Positions 1-9,191 of a stretch of 64,000 nt of DNA are shown in pieces. Origin of the DNA: Patescibacteria group bacterium. Its GTDB lineage: Bacteria; Patescibacteriota; Minisyncoccia; Phycocordibacterales; UBA9973. Position 1 is the stretch's first letter; each line of letters starts with the position of its first letter. The notes beneath the pieces were generated by a model, which searched no databases, had not been told where the DNA came from, and was given only the letters and a program-made list of their open reading frames with translations. The position numbers and the translations under genes are program-made. The stretch spans positions 1,490-65,489 of the forward strand of contig JAZKIP010000009.1 in assembly GCA_040384805.1 (NCBI GenBank), read 5' to 3'.

Positions 1-570
1 GATGTTCGCCTTGAGGTGATGGATCAAGGAGACTTGATTCTGCCGGATGGCTACCAAGACGGAGAGTGGTTTACACCGCTCGACGTGGCATGGGATGCCA
101 TCTGTGACGAGAGTTATCTGAATGGTAATTTATTTTACCGTTTTGGGGATAGTCTCAGCGGGAAATATCCAATCCTTAAAGGAGCTTTCTCCCGTTTTGG
201 CGAGAACTTGGGTTGGTCGTTGATCAACAAATATTCGTTGATCTACGACTTAGCTCACGACAAATTCGTTAAGGACGATGAGCTGTTGGTCATTGTCGCT
301 CAAAGCGACCTACCACTTCTCATTATGGAACTGCAAATTCTGGAGGGACACACCGATGTCACTCTAGAGAACTTGTCGTACAAATGTTGGGAGGTCTATA
401 AAAGTGGCCTTCAAGCAAAAATGTATGACAAAAATACTGAAGGCGATGGCAATTTTGACATCGCCATGGGCTATGTCGGGAATTTTAATTTGTCGGATTT
501 CGTTAAAAGCGGATTCGATGTCACCATTAAAAATGCTGGCTTACTGCTGGCGGAAAGGAGGTTGTTATGA
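1..570 (+). CDS. hypothetical protein, probably 5'-truncated by the window edge
   Basis: Frame is open from base 1 to TGA at 568-570 and overlaps the next ATG (ATGA coupling); no motif recognised. Confidence 0.55.
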   Translation, partial: DVRLEVMDQGDLILPDGYQDGEWFTPLDVAWDAICDESYLNGNLFYRFGDSLSGKYPILKGAFSRFGENLGWSLINKYSLIYDLAHDKFVKDDELLVIVAQSDLPLLIMELQILEGHTDVTLENLSYKCWEVYKSGLQAKMYDKNTEGDGNFDIAMGYVGNFNLSDFVKSGFDVTIKNAGLLLAERRLL

Positions 571-1469
571 AAAAAGAAAAAAGCGCGATCCCGATCGTGT
601 TTACTTTTGATGACAACTACGCCTTGCCAGCGGCAGTTGCCATCAAATCCCTCATTCACACAGGCAAGCGGGGGACCTGGTATGACATTTATTGTCTGTA
701 CCAGAATTTGTCGGATCAAAACCGTCGGGCACTTAACCAAGTGGCGAAAATCAACTGGATAAAGGTTAATGAAAGCCTCTTTACGGGCGCGCCGACCAGT
801 GTCGAATATCCGGTGGATGTCTATTATCGCTTGGCGATACATGACATCCTGCCCCAGTATGACAAGATTATCTACAGCGATGTGGATGTCCTGTTTCAGG
901 GCGACCTGACGGCAGTGTACAAGATGAATATGGAGGGCGCTTATTGGGCAGGCGTTCCTCTGGAAAAAAATGAGGTGCCTAGCCTCAAGGCCGTTTCCGC
1001 GCAGATTGGCAATCCGGACGACGCAAAATTCATGTCCGGACACACCAAGTTTGCCGAAAACAGCAATGCGAACATTTTCGCTAACGGTTTTATGGTTATT
1101 AACGTAAAAAAGATGCGTGAAGACCGTATGACCGAAAAATTCCTGCAAACTATCAAACAGTTTTCAGGAAGGTTGAAGATGTTCGACCTTGAGGTGCTGA
1201 ATCTCGCGTGCCAGAATGGAACGATCAAATCGCTTCCGTTCGAGTACTGTGTCCTTGAGGATATCGCGATAGCGAAGGATTACAGGAAAACAAACCTCTA
1301 TCCTTTTCTGTCGAGAGTATTCTCAGACAAAGAACTCACACATGCTGTTCGCAAGCCGGTAATCTTACATTATACCGGGGCGAATACAGTGCGAGTGTGG
1401 CATCGCGACGAAAAAATTCAGCCGTCGCCGTACAAGTTTTTCTTCAGTATGGTGGCGGTATTGTTGTAA
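567..1469 (+). CDS. glycosyltransferase family 8
   Basis: IPIVFTFDDNY N-terminus, YYRLAI, KIIYSDVD (DxD), FANGFMVIN, ILHYTG motifs. Confidence 0.9.
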   Translation: MKKEKSAIPIVFTFDDNYALPAAVAIKSLIHTGKRGTWYDIYCLYQNLSDQNRRALNQVAKINWIKVNESLFTGAPTSVEYPVDVYYRLAIHDILPQYDKIIYSDVDVLFQGDLTAVYKMNMEGAYWAGVPLEKNEVPSLKAVSAQIGNPDDAKFMSGHTKFAENSNANIFANGFMVINVKKMREDRMTEKFLQTIKQFSGRLKMFDLEVLNLACQNGTIKSLPFEYCVLEDIAIAKDYRKTNLYPFLSRVFSDKELTHAVRKPVILHYTGANTVRVWHRDEKIQPSPYKFFFSMVAVLL

Positions 1470-1502
1470 AAAAATAAAAACCAGTCGAGGAGGACTGACA
1501 AA

Positions 1503-2123
1503 ATGAAAGAATTAAATTTTTCTTCGTCAGCTCGTATCCTCGTGCTGGCACCACATCCGGACGATGAATCCATTGGTTGTGGAGGACTTCTCTTGAAGTA
1601 CCCAGGCCAATGCGATGTCATTGTCCTCACCGATGGCCGTCATGGTGGTCTACCGGGACAAAATGAAAAAGAAACCATGGCTATGCGTACGTCAGAGTTT
1701 AAAAAAGCAATGACGTACGCACGGGTAAAAAATTTTTCGTTCCTTGGAGTAGGAGACAGCAAACTGAGCGAAAGTTTCGCAAAGTTTGCTAGTTTGGACA
1801 CGAGTGGTTATGATGCCATTTTCTGTCCAGCTCCGGGGGATAATCACGTGGATCATATGTGCGTGTGCGAATTCTTGCTGAGGCTCAACCCTCAAGCAAG
1901 AATTTTCGGGTATGAAGTATGGTCTGCACTAGCCGTTCCCTCGCACTACTTGGATATTTCCAATGTAGTCGAAGGAAAAAAGAAGCTAATCAATTTTCAT
2001 GAGTCCCAAGTGGCTCAGGTTGATTATGTTGCCAAAGCGATCGGATTAAATTGCTTCCGCGGGATGCTGGTGTATCCGGCAATCCAATATGCAGAGGTGT
2101 ATGAAGAATTAGGGTTAGGGTAA
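1503..2123 (+). CDS. PIG-L/LmbE family N-acetyl-sugar deacetylase
   Basis: APHPDDE and DNHVDH metal-binding motifs, H-x-SQ near the C-terminus. Confidence 0.9.
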   Translation: MKELNFSSSARILVLAPHPDDESIGCGGLLLKYPGQCDVIVLTDGRHGGLPGQNEKETMAMRTSEFKKAMTYARVKNFSFLGVGDSKLSESFAKFASLDTSGYDAIFCPAPGDNHVDHMCVCEFLLRLNPQARIFGYEVWSALAVPSHYLDISNVVEGKKKLINFHESQVAQVDYVAKAIGLNCFRGMLVYPAIQYAEVYEELGLG

Positions 2124-2447
2124 AAAATTGGAAAGGGACGATTCTGTTTAAATACATGGCAACCCTTTCCTTTCTTATTAGGTTCCTGATTGAGAGAATC
2201 GGGGATCGATAGGGAAAGTAAGGTGTGTCGTCTCCGGCATGCTGTCTAATTTCACACGATATGGGCGGATACATCTCTCTCCTCGCCGAAGCTTTTATTT
2301 TATATTATCGCTTCGGTCATTCGCTCCGTACGAAATCAGATAGCATACTTGAGATGAAAAATAAAAGGCCTCCGACGATATGGATCGCGGAGGTTTTTCT
2401 TTTATTAAAATAATTTTTATGCGGCAATAAGTCTCGAGAGTAACGAA

Positions 2448-2807
2448 CTACTTGTCAGAGGAGTACCATACGCCTCCATTTAGCAAAGAATACGCTAACC
2501 CGGCAGATTTATTTGTTTTTCCATAGTCATAATATGCAACTAAGGGGTACAACATAAAAAAATCTTTCTGGCTCCATGCTTTTTCTGCAAACTCTCCTAC
2601 AAAAGCTAAACTGACTTCTGGCTCAATAATAATGACATCAGTTTTATTCTCACAGATGAATTCAATGAGATTATTAATGGGGGTGTTTTCTGAAAAAACT
2701 GTAATTGATTCTTTGTTTTCCACTATTAAATATCGTACAAGATCCTGCGATAGGGCTTGCTTTTCTTCCTGATCGTCTCCGATAAGGACAATTTTCTTGT
2801 TTATCAT
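2448..2807 (-). CDS. hypothetical protein
   Basis: AT-rich ORF directly downstream of clpP; ATG at 2807 chosen as start. Confidence 0.55.
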   Translation of the reverse strand: MINKKIVLIGDDQEEKQALSQDLVRYLIVENKESITVFSENTPINNLIEFICENKTDVIIIEPEVSLAFVGEFAEKAWSQKDFFMLYPLVAYYDYGKTNKSAGLAYSLLNGGVWYSSDK

Positions 2808-2843
2808 GAGGTAAGTATTTTCTATACTATACCACAATTTGAT

Positions 2844-3434
2844 TTATTTTCCAGCCTTCGGCTTTGCGACGATCTCATCGACGATGCCGTACTTTTTGGC
2901 TTCATCGGCTGTCATATAGTAGTCTCGGTCAGAGTCTTTGTCGATTTGGGCGACAGACTGGCCGGTGTTCTTAGCGAGGATCTTGTTGAGAGTGTCTTTG
3001 GTGCGCAGGATGTGCTTGGCATTGATGGCGATATCGGATGCCTGGCCTTCGGCGCCGCCCATGACCTGATGGATCATGACTTCGGAATTCGGCAGGGCAT
3101 AGCGCTTGCCTTTCGCGCCTGCTGACAGGAGCACTGCTCCCATCGACGCTGCGATGCCGACGCAGATGGTCGAGACATCGGCTTTGACAAAGCTCATCGT
3201 ATCAACGATGGCAAGTCCTGCTGTGACCGAACCTCCCGGAGAGTTGATATAAAGCTGGATGTCTTTTTTCGAATCCGCGTGATCGAGGTACAGGAGCTGG
3301 GCGATGACGAGATTGGCGACATGATCGTCGATCGGGCCGCCAAGAAAGATAATGCGGTCGTTCAAAAGGCGCGAATAAATGTCATATGCGCGCTCGCCGA
3401 ATTGCGATTTTTCGATAACTGTAGGAATAAGCAT
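2844..3434 (-). CDS. clpP: ATP-dependent Clp protease proteolytic subunit
   Basis: [20 protein letters not shown] (catalytic Ser), MIHQ. Confidence 0.98.
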   Translation of the reverse strand: MLIPTVIEKSQFGERAYDIYSRLLNDRIIFLGGPIDDHVANLVIAQLLYLDHADSKKDIQLYINSPGGSVTAGLAIVDTMSFVKADVSTICVGIAASMGAVLLSAGAKGKRYALPNSEVMIHQVMGGAEGQASDIAINAKHILRTKDTLNKILAKNTGQSVAQIDKDSDRDYYMTADEAKKYGIVDEIVAKPKAGK

Positions 3435-3607
3435 AAATGAAAATAAGAATTAATTTGTATATTTCTCCTAGTTGATATTACCATATCTCGTCCCGTTTGA
3501 AATTTAAATGCATTCGATTCTAAATTTCTTGCGGGATAACTGTAGGAATTAACATAATGTAGAAATAAAATTAAGCTGATATATCTAGCTGACTAATTAT
3601 AGCATTT

Positions 3608-4660
3608 CTATTGTTCCTCAAGGAATTTAAACACTTTTTCATTTTCAAGCATATTCTCCACATAGGCGCGAGCGCGGGCGGGATCCGCATCCTTGTATGC
3701 CGTCATGATGTTAGAGACTTCTTTGTCGAGTTCTTCCACGGTCGGCTTGAGCTTTTCCTTGTCTGAAATAGTATGGATGATCATCTGAAGCTTCGCGCGT
3801 TTCTCGGCGTCAGGACGCCATTCGTTGCGAAGCTCCTCCTCGGTTTTCTTGATCTGGATCAGATAATCGTCGAATTTGAATCCCATCTGGGTTATATCAG
3901 CCTCGAGACGATACAAAATTTTATCCGTTTCGCTTTGAATAAGGATCTCAGGAATCTCGCCTCCAGTTTTCTCGAGAAGCTCTTCAATGATGGCAAGGCG
4001 CAGCTTATCTTTCTGCTCAACGTTTTTTTCTTTCTTTAAATTCTCGCGGATCTTGTTCTTGAATGCGTCAACATTCTCAAACTCGCCGAATGACTTTACG
4101 AATTCATCATCAAGAGCGGGCAGTTCTTCTTCGGAAAGTTCGGGATGATCCTGTCCGTCCTCGTGCTCGTGAGCGGGCATAGCCTGATGAGCGCGCATCT
4201 TGCGAAGATCAAGAAGCGCTTTTTCGACGGATGCCTCATCGACGGGAATTTCCTTCGTGTACTCTTCGTTCTTGGCATGAGCCTTGGCAAGCGTCTTATA
4301 GTCAGGCAGTTTCATTTCAGGCAATACGGCGGTGACGATCTTAAATTCAAGCGGCGACCCTTTGGCGATCTTGGTAATGGCGATCTCTGGACGTCCGATC
4401 GCGTCGAGCTTGTGTTCCTCGATGATTTTCGGATATGCGTCATAGAGTGCCTGTTCGGCCATTTCTTCGAGTATCATCATTTCCGTGACATTCTCCCGTA
4501 CGACAGTGGCCGGAGCCTTTCCCTTGCGGAATCCGGGGAGTTCAAGACGGTCGCCGATAATGCGAAGAGCCTTGTCTTCATATTTTTCGAATTCTATAAC
4601 TTCAAGAATACCTGTTATCTCGACTTGGCTTTTGTCTAGTTTTTTGGTGGTTGTTTGCAT
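3608..4660 (-). CDS. tig: trigger factor lacking the FKBP PPIase domain
   Basis: PGFRKGKAP ribosome-binding motif, C-terminal chaperone domain, 350 aa, adjacent to clpP. Confidence 0.93.
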   Translation of the reverse strand: MQTTTKKLDKSQVEITGILEVIEFEKYEDKALRIIGDRLELPGFRKGKAPATVVRENVTEMMILEEMAEQALYDAYPKIIEEHKLDAIGRPEIAITKIAKGSPLEFKIVTAVLPEMKLPDYKTLAKAHAKNEEYTKEIPVDEASVEKALLDLRKMRAHQAMPAHEHEDGQDHPELSEEELPALDDEFVKSFGEFENVDAFKNKIRENLKKEKNVEQKDKLRLAIIEELLEKTGGEIPEILIQSETDKILYRLEADITQMGFKFDDYLIQIKKTEEELRNEWRPDAEKRAKLQMIIHTISDKEKLKPTVEELDKEVSNIMTAYKDADPARARAYVENMLENEKVFKFLEEQ

Positions 4661-4750
4661 GATTTAGTACGGTAATAATTATTTCTAATTAGTCTTAATC
4701 TATCTTATTACAGGATATTTGTCTAATTAAGACTTATTATATCTTCCATA

Positions 4751-4794
4751 TTGACTTATTATAACGGATTTGTTATATATAACCTATACGTTAT
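4751..4794 (+). promoter_or_regulatory. promoter with two tandem palindromic operators ATAAC-N6-GTTAT
   Basis: TTGACT at 4751; ATAACggatttGTTAT 4761-4776 and ATAACctatacGTTAT 4779-4794 overlap the -10 region upstream of the toxin/HTH pair. Confidence 0.65.
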
Positions 4795-4817
4795 TTAATA
4801 AGGTCGATATAAAAATT

Positions 4818-5213
4818 ATGGAAAATTGGTCTATAGAATTATGGGTAACAGAAGACGGTGTTTGCAGGGTTGATAAAGATCTTTTAAAAAAGCTGAGAAA
4901 TAAGGAAAAATTCCTCTTCAAGTCTTTGGAAGAAAAAATGAGACAGTACACATCGGCAAAAATTGCCGATGTTCAGCATCAAAAAGACTTAGAGAAAGTT
5001 AAAAATGAAGTGGATATGTGGGAATTGAAATTTCACTTATCCAAGAATGAAATACGATTTCTCGGATACATGGATCTTCAGAAAGAATTCTCCGTTTTCT
5101 ATGCGCTTTATGCTTTTAAGAAAAAGAACCAGGAGATCATGGAAAAACATAAGATAGCGGCGCGTAATCGCGTAAAAGAATTTACTAATTATTTTAATCG
5201 CAATGGACTTTAA
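4818..5213 (+). CDS. RelE/ParE (HigB/Gp49-like) type II toxin
   Basis: MWELKF..NEIRFL..YAFKKKNQ..AARNR pattern; upstream of an XRE HTH gene (toxin-first order). Confidence 0.7.
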   Translation: MENWSIELWVTEDGVCRVDKDLLKKLRNKEKFLFKSLEEKMRQYTSAKIADVQHQKDLEKVKNEVDMWELKFHLSKNEIRFLGYMDLQKEFSVFYALYAFKKKNQEIMEKHKIAARNRVKEFTNYFNRNGL

Positions 5214-5571
5214 AAAATACTTTGAACAACAGAATATCTCCTTAACGGACAAAGAAAGAATCGCCGTTAAGGTCGGAGGACTTATAACTGCTGCCCGGCT
5301 TTATGCGCGTCTCTCCCAGAAGGAATTGGCGGAGAAAATCGGCACGCAGCAGCCGAGCGTCGCGCGCGCGGAGAAGGGCGAAGTCATCGCGAGCGTCGAG
5401 TTTCTCGATAAGATCGCGAGAGCGATAAAAACAGAACTCATCCTGCGCTTTAGCTTTATGGAAGAGAAAATAAAGACGCAGACCGTCGAGAACAGCATTG
5501 ATGTGTCGCACAGCTCTTCGGGTTTCGTTGTTTCGCCCTTGTCCGGCAGTTATCAGATTTTATTTAAATAA
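5203..5571 (+). CDS. XRE/Cro HTH antitoxin (HigA-like) with C-terminal extension
   Basis: ARL..RLSQKELAEKIGTQQPSVARAEKG HTH; overlaps the toxin stop. Confidence 0.85.
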   Translation: MDFKKYFEQQNISLTDKERIAVKVGGLITAARLYARLSQKELAEKIGTQQPSVARAEKGEVIASVEFLDKIARAIKTELILRFSFMEEKIKTQTVENSIDVSHSSSGFVVSPLSGSYQILFK

Positions 5572-5575
5572 CCTT

Positions 5576-6067
5576 ATGAACAAAAAAGAAAATCAAAAAG
5601 TGGAACATATGATGACGATGCTGTGCAGCTCGTCCGCCGTCGATAAGGACAGCAACAGCTTGTCGCTCTTCAACATGATCGAAGAGATCACCGTCGATTT
5701 TAAAACAGAAAACAATCAGCCGATTAACTTTACCCAGAAAAAAGGCGTCCCCATTCCTTTTGAACTTGTTTCTATCTGGAACCGGCCGGATGACTCTCCT
5801 GAAGTCTCCACTGAAATCAAGATGGTACTTCACGATCCTGACGGAGAGATCATGCAGGAATCGGTTTCTCCGCTTGAGATCAAGAATCCTCACCACAGAA
5901 TGAGAATCAGGGTAAAGGGGAACGGTCTTAATGTTACCAAGCAGGGGAAATATTATTTCTCCATTTTGTTCAAGAACGACGGTTCCTTTGATGAGGTCGT
6001 CCGGGTTCCGCTTACGGTCAAAGTTTCCACTCCTATTCCGTCGGATCTTCGGATCTTGAAAAAATAA
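5576..6067 (+). CDS. beta-rich hypothetical protein (DUF6941-like), third gene of the TA operon
   Basis: LC..A.VD...N.LSLFNMIEEI, L.DPDG, G.Y.F motifs recalled for this family; 4 bp after the antitoxin. Confidence 0.6.
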   Translation: MNKKENQKVEHMMTMLCSSSAVDKDSNSLSLFNMIEEITVDFKTENNQPINFTQKKGVPIPFELVSIWNRPDDSPEVSTEIKMVLHDPDGEIMQESVSPLEIKNPHHRMRIRVKGNGLNVTKQGKYYFSILFKNDGSFDEVVRVPLTVKVSTPIPSDLRILKK

Positions 6068-6081
6068 ATAAAATACTAAAA

Positions 6082-6112
6082 CAAAACACTCCGCAACCTG
6101 CGGAGTGTTTTG
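6082..6112. terminator. bidirectional intrinsic terminator
   Basis: 14-bp perfect arms caaaacactccgca/tgcggagtgttttg between convergent genes. Confidence 0.8.
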
Positions 6113-6116
6113 GAAA

Positions 6117-6653
6117 CTATTTGCCGAACTTCTCTTCGTAGAGCGTGATCGATCGGTGAATTGCTTCGATCGCTGCAGCCTTGTCTTTAAAACCATGTAC
6201 AGTTACGATGCTTTGTTTCGCCTTGAGTGCTTTATAGGTCTGGAAGAAGTCAGCGAATTCGCGCAATGAGTGTTTATTGATATCCTTTAAATCCTTTACA
6301 TCTTCCCAACGCTGGTCATCGATCGGAACGGCGATTATCTTACTGTCAGATTCGCCGCTATCTATCATTTCCATGATCCCGACGGGACGGACATTTACGA
6401 GTATTCCCGATGGAATCGGATAGGTTGAAAGCACAAGCACATCAAGCGCATCGCCGTCTTCCCAGAGAGTTTGTGGGACGAAACCATAGTCGAAAGGATA
6501 TGCTGTCGGCCCGTAGTTCGCACGATCAAGCTTGATCATGCCGGTGTCCTTGTCTATTTCATATTTATTATTCGATCCTTTTGGAATTTCAATTATGCAA
6601 TTGAATTCCTCCGGAATATTCTTGCCTCGTGTTACTTCATGCCACAGATTCAT
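6117..6653 (-). CDS. ppa: inorganic pyrophosphatase, family I
   Basis: EIPKGS.NKYE, YP.DYGFVPQT, DGDALD, DSKI motifs. Confidence 0.96.
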   Translation of the reverse strand: MNLWHEVTRGKNIPEEFNCIIEIPKGSNNKYEIDKDTGMIKLDRANYGPTAYPFDYGFVPQTLWEDGDALDVLVLSTYPIPSGILVNVRPVGIMEMIDSGESDSKIIAVPIDDQRWEDVKDLKDINKHSLREFADFFQTYKALKAKQSIVTVHGFKDKAAAIEAIHRSITLYEEKFGK

Positions 6654-6690
6654 AATAGTTATTTATTTGATTACTGTTGTTAATGTGCGA

Positions 6691-7863
6691 CTATGCAGGC
6701 GTTCCATCATCAACCAATCCTGTATCTTCCAGTATATCACTGTCGCTTGAAACGACCTCGCCTTCGACTCCCTTGATATCGATTCTCCAGCCGGTTAATT
6801 TCGCAGCAAGGCGGACGTTCTGGCCGCCCTTGCCGATGGCAAGAGATAACTGGTCGGCGGCAACTTCGACGGCTGCCTTGTGCTCCTGTTCGGAGACTTC
6901 AATATCAAGCACATGAGCGGGAGAAAGAGCGCTTGCGATATATGTTGCACTATCGGCGCTCCACGGGATAATGTCGATCTTCTCTCCGTTAAGCTCGCTC
7001 ATGACGGTCGTGACGCGGATGCCTTTCTGTCCCACGCATGATCCGACAGGATCAACATGGTCGTCATTGGAATAGACTGCGATCTTCGAGCGCGATCCCG
7101 CTTCGCGGGCGATGGCCTTTATTTCAACGACGCCTGAGGCGATCTCGGGCGCTTCAATGGCGAAGAGCCCCTCGATAAATTGAGGATGAGTACGGGAAAG
7201 CTTGAGATTGACTCCGCGCGGCGTTTCCTCGACAGAGTAGAGATATGCGCGAATGCGATCGCCTCTCCTGTAGAATTCTCCCGGTATCTGCTCTTCGGGA
7301 AGAAGGATACCCGTTGCGCGGTTGAAGTCAATGTAGACGACATTCCGCTCGACTTTCTGAATGAAACCGTTGATGATCTCGCCTTCCTTGCTGCCGTATT
7401 CGTCGACGATGGCGCTCCGTTCCGCTTCGCGGATCTTCTGGATGATCACCTGCTTCGCTGTCTGAGCGGCGATGCGGCCGAAATCATCTTTGCTCTCAAG
7501 AGGGAAAATGATCTCCTCTCCGAGCTTTACGTCGCTTTTTATTTTCTTCGCATCCTCGATCAATATATGATGCTCTTCGTTGAACCTGACGCGATCATCG
7601 TCTTCCGGTATCTCTTCCTCATCGTCTTCATCAGTTGTCATGCGAACCAGAGAGTCGTCGACAACGATCTTTACCTGGTAAAATTCCATTTTTGCTGCAT
7701 CAAGATCGATATGAACGCGGACAATCTGGCCTTTTTTGCCGTAATCCTTTTTATATGCGGCGGCTAAAGCCTGTTCCATGGCGTCTATGATCTTTTCATA
7801 GGGTACTTTCCTGTCTTCCTTGAGCTGTTCGATGGCTGATTTTATGGCTTTTAAATCTAACAT
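6691..7863 (-). CDS. nusA: transcription termination/antitermination factor NusA
   Basis: FGRIAAQTAKQ, AREAGSRSKIAV, LAIGKGGQNVRLAAKLTGW. Confidence 0.98.
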   Translation of the reverse strand: MLDLKAIKSAIEQLKEDRKVPYEKIIDAMEQALAAAYKKDYGKKGQIVRVHIDLDAAKMEFYQVKIVVDDSLVRMTTDEDDEEEIPEDDDRVRFNEEHHILIEDAKKIKSDVKLGEEIIFPLESKDDFGRIAAQTAKQVIIQKIREAERSAIVDEYGSKEGEIINGFIQKVERNVVYIDFNRATGILLPEEQIPGEFYRRGDRIRAYLYSVEETPRGVNLKLSRTHPQFIEGLFAIEAPEIASGVVEIKAIAREAGSRSKIAVYSNDDHVDPVGSCVGQKGIRVTTVMSELNGEKIDIIPWSADSATYIASALSPAHVLDIEVSEQEHKAAVEVAADQLSLAIGKGGQNVRLAAKLTGWRIDIKGVEGEVVSSDSDILEDTGLVDDGTPA

Positions 7864-8081
7864 ATTCGTTTGGAGACTGAATATTACAGCTATTAAGCCT
7901 AATAACCAGTCTTTTATTAAGTTTTCTAAAAATAAAAGTCCGGTTTCGAAACGGACTGGAATATGAATATATTACTATATAAGGGTATTTCAGTCAAATC
8001 CCGTTAATGAGTTTTAACAACCCTACCTCTTCCTTTATATCTGTAAAGATTATAGTGTCAAAAGTTGCTATTGGGCAAATC

Positions 8082-8101
8082 TGTGGATAAAATGTGGATA
8101 A
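8082..8101. promoter_or_regulatory. two tandem perfect DnaA boxes (third box at 9111-9119)
   Basis: TGTGGATAA at 8082-8090 and 8093-8101 (reverse complement of TTATCCACA). Confidence 0.6.
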
Positions 8102-8289
8102 ATATTGACTAAAAGTCAAAAATGCGTTATATTGCGAGAAGATCAAGGGTCAGCCCTTGGATTTGTGGTTCATTGAAAAATAGGTTTATTTGTTTGAAAA
8201 GCAATTTTCATCTTTTTTTGCTGATGAGTGGTAAGGTGAGCATTGTTTTCAAACAAATATTTTTCTAAACCTTTAAATACTAAAAAACC

Positions 8290-9012
8290 ATGAAAAAGTT
8301 TTTCAAAACCCATGATGGCCCGGGATGGGCTGTATTGATAGTCGCTTTTATTCTCAACCTCCTGTTGGGGGGGTGTAGCAAAAAAGGCGCCGATATAGTA
8401 CAGCCTCCTCCCATTGTCGTTGTGCAAAAATTACCAACAGTAACGGCAACCACACCTACAACAAGTGTCTGGTTTAAGGCGAGTCCTGTCGTTGACTACT
8501 CAGCCAACGATGCTGACTCGGTTCTCGTTAACGGTAAAAAGCTAAGTGCTCTCTCCGGCAGTATTCCTTTAACTGAATTACAAAGTGACACAACCCTGGC
8601 TTTTGCTGCTAAGAACAAGTTTGGTGTAGCCGGTTCCACTCTGTCTCTCCATGTTTATTCGCCTTTCCGCACCTTATTGTGCCAGTACGACCGATTCACG
8701 ATGAGCACTTACACTGTTCAGGCTGAGAACTCTTCGAACATTGAAACAAAATCAATTGTCAAAGACACTATTCAGTTTAAACCGAACGATTCCACGTATA
8801 CAAACAAGTATAATGAACCCGGAGTGCGGCGTGGCGGGAAGTATCAACTTTTCAACGAATGGTCTGCAACTGGCCGTCAATTGAAGTGGGGTGATCTGTG
8901 GGAGATAGATCATATTAATGCTTCAGGATTTAAATGCTACATGAGGAAACCATCACTGGATAACGCAAACGTATGGATTATCCATACTCAGGAGTATATC
9001 CGTGTTCAATAA
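8290..9012 (+). CDS. putative lipoprotein of unknown function
   Basis: Signal peptide with lipobox LLGGC; own promoter (TTGACT..TATATT) and terminator near 9070-9108. Confidence 0.7.
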   Translation: MKKFFKTHDGPGWAVLIVAFILNLLLGGCSKKGADIVQPPPIVVVQKLPTVTATTPTTSVWFKASPVVDYSANDADSVLVNGKKLSALSGSIPLTELQSDTTLAFAAKNKFGVAGSTLSLHVYSPFRTLLCQYDRFTMSTYTVQAENSSNIETKSIVKDTIQFKPNDSTYTNKYNEPGVRRGGKYQLFNEWSATGRQLKWGDLWEIDHINASGFKCYMRKPSLDNANVWIIHTQEYIRVQ

Positions 9013-9191
9013 GTTTTTTTAATTTTTAAGTTGAGTTTTAGTGGTTTTGCTCAACAAGTGTCGAATGTCAATGCTGCTCTACCTAATACGGGGGCAGCAT
9101 TTTTTTTGTTTGTGGATAACTTTTTTTCCTGAATAAGAAAATGCTATACTTATAAGGTAATAATTAATATACGCAATCTCTTATTTTTATC

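Noticed and set aside
1-1198. Similarity between 1-18 and 1179-1197 (gatgttcg..cttgaggtg)
   Set aside because: Short, gapped and in different reading contexts; consistent with chance.
2124-2447. Non-coding stretch and short ORFs after the deacetylase as an ncRNA or IS end
   Set aside because: Only a terminator-like hairpin near 2358-2405 is evident; no supportable fold or terminal repeat.
3608-4660. Short trigger factor as a pseudogene
   Set aside because: The ORF is intact with N- and C-terminal domains; PPIase-less forms are typical of this lineage.
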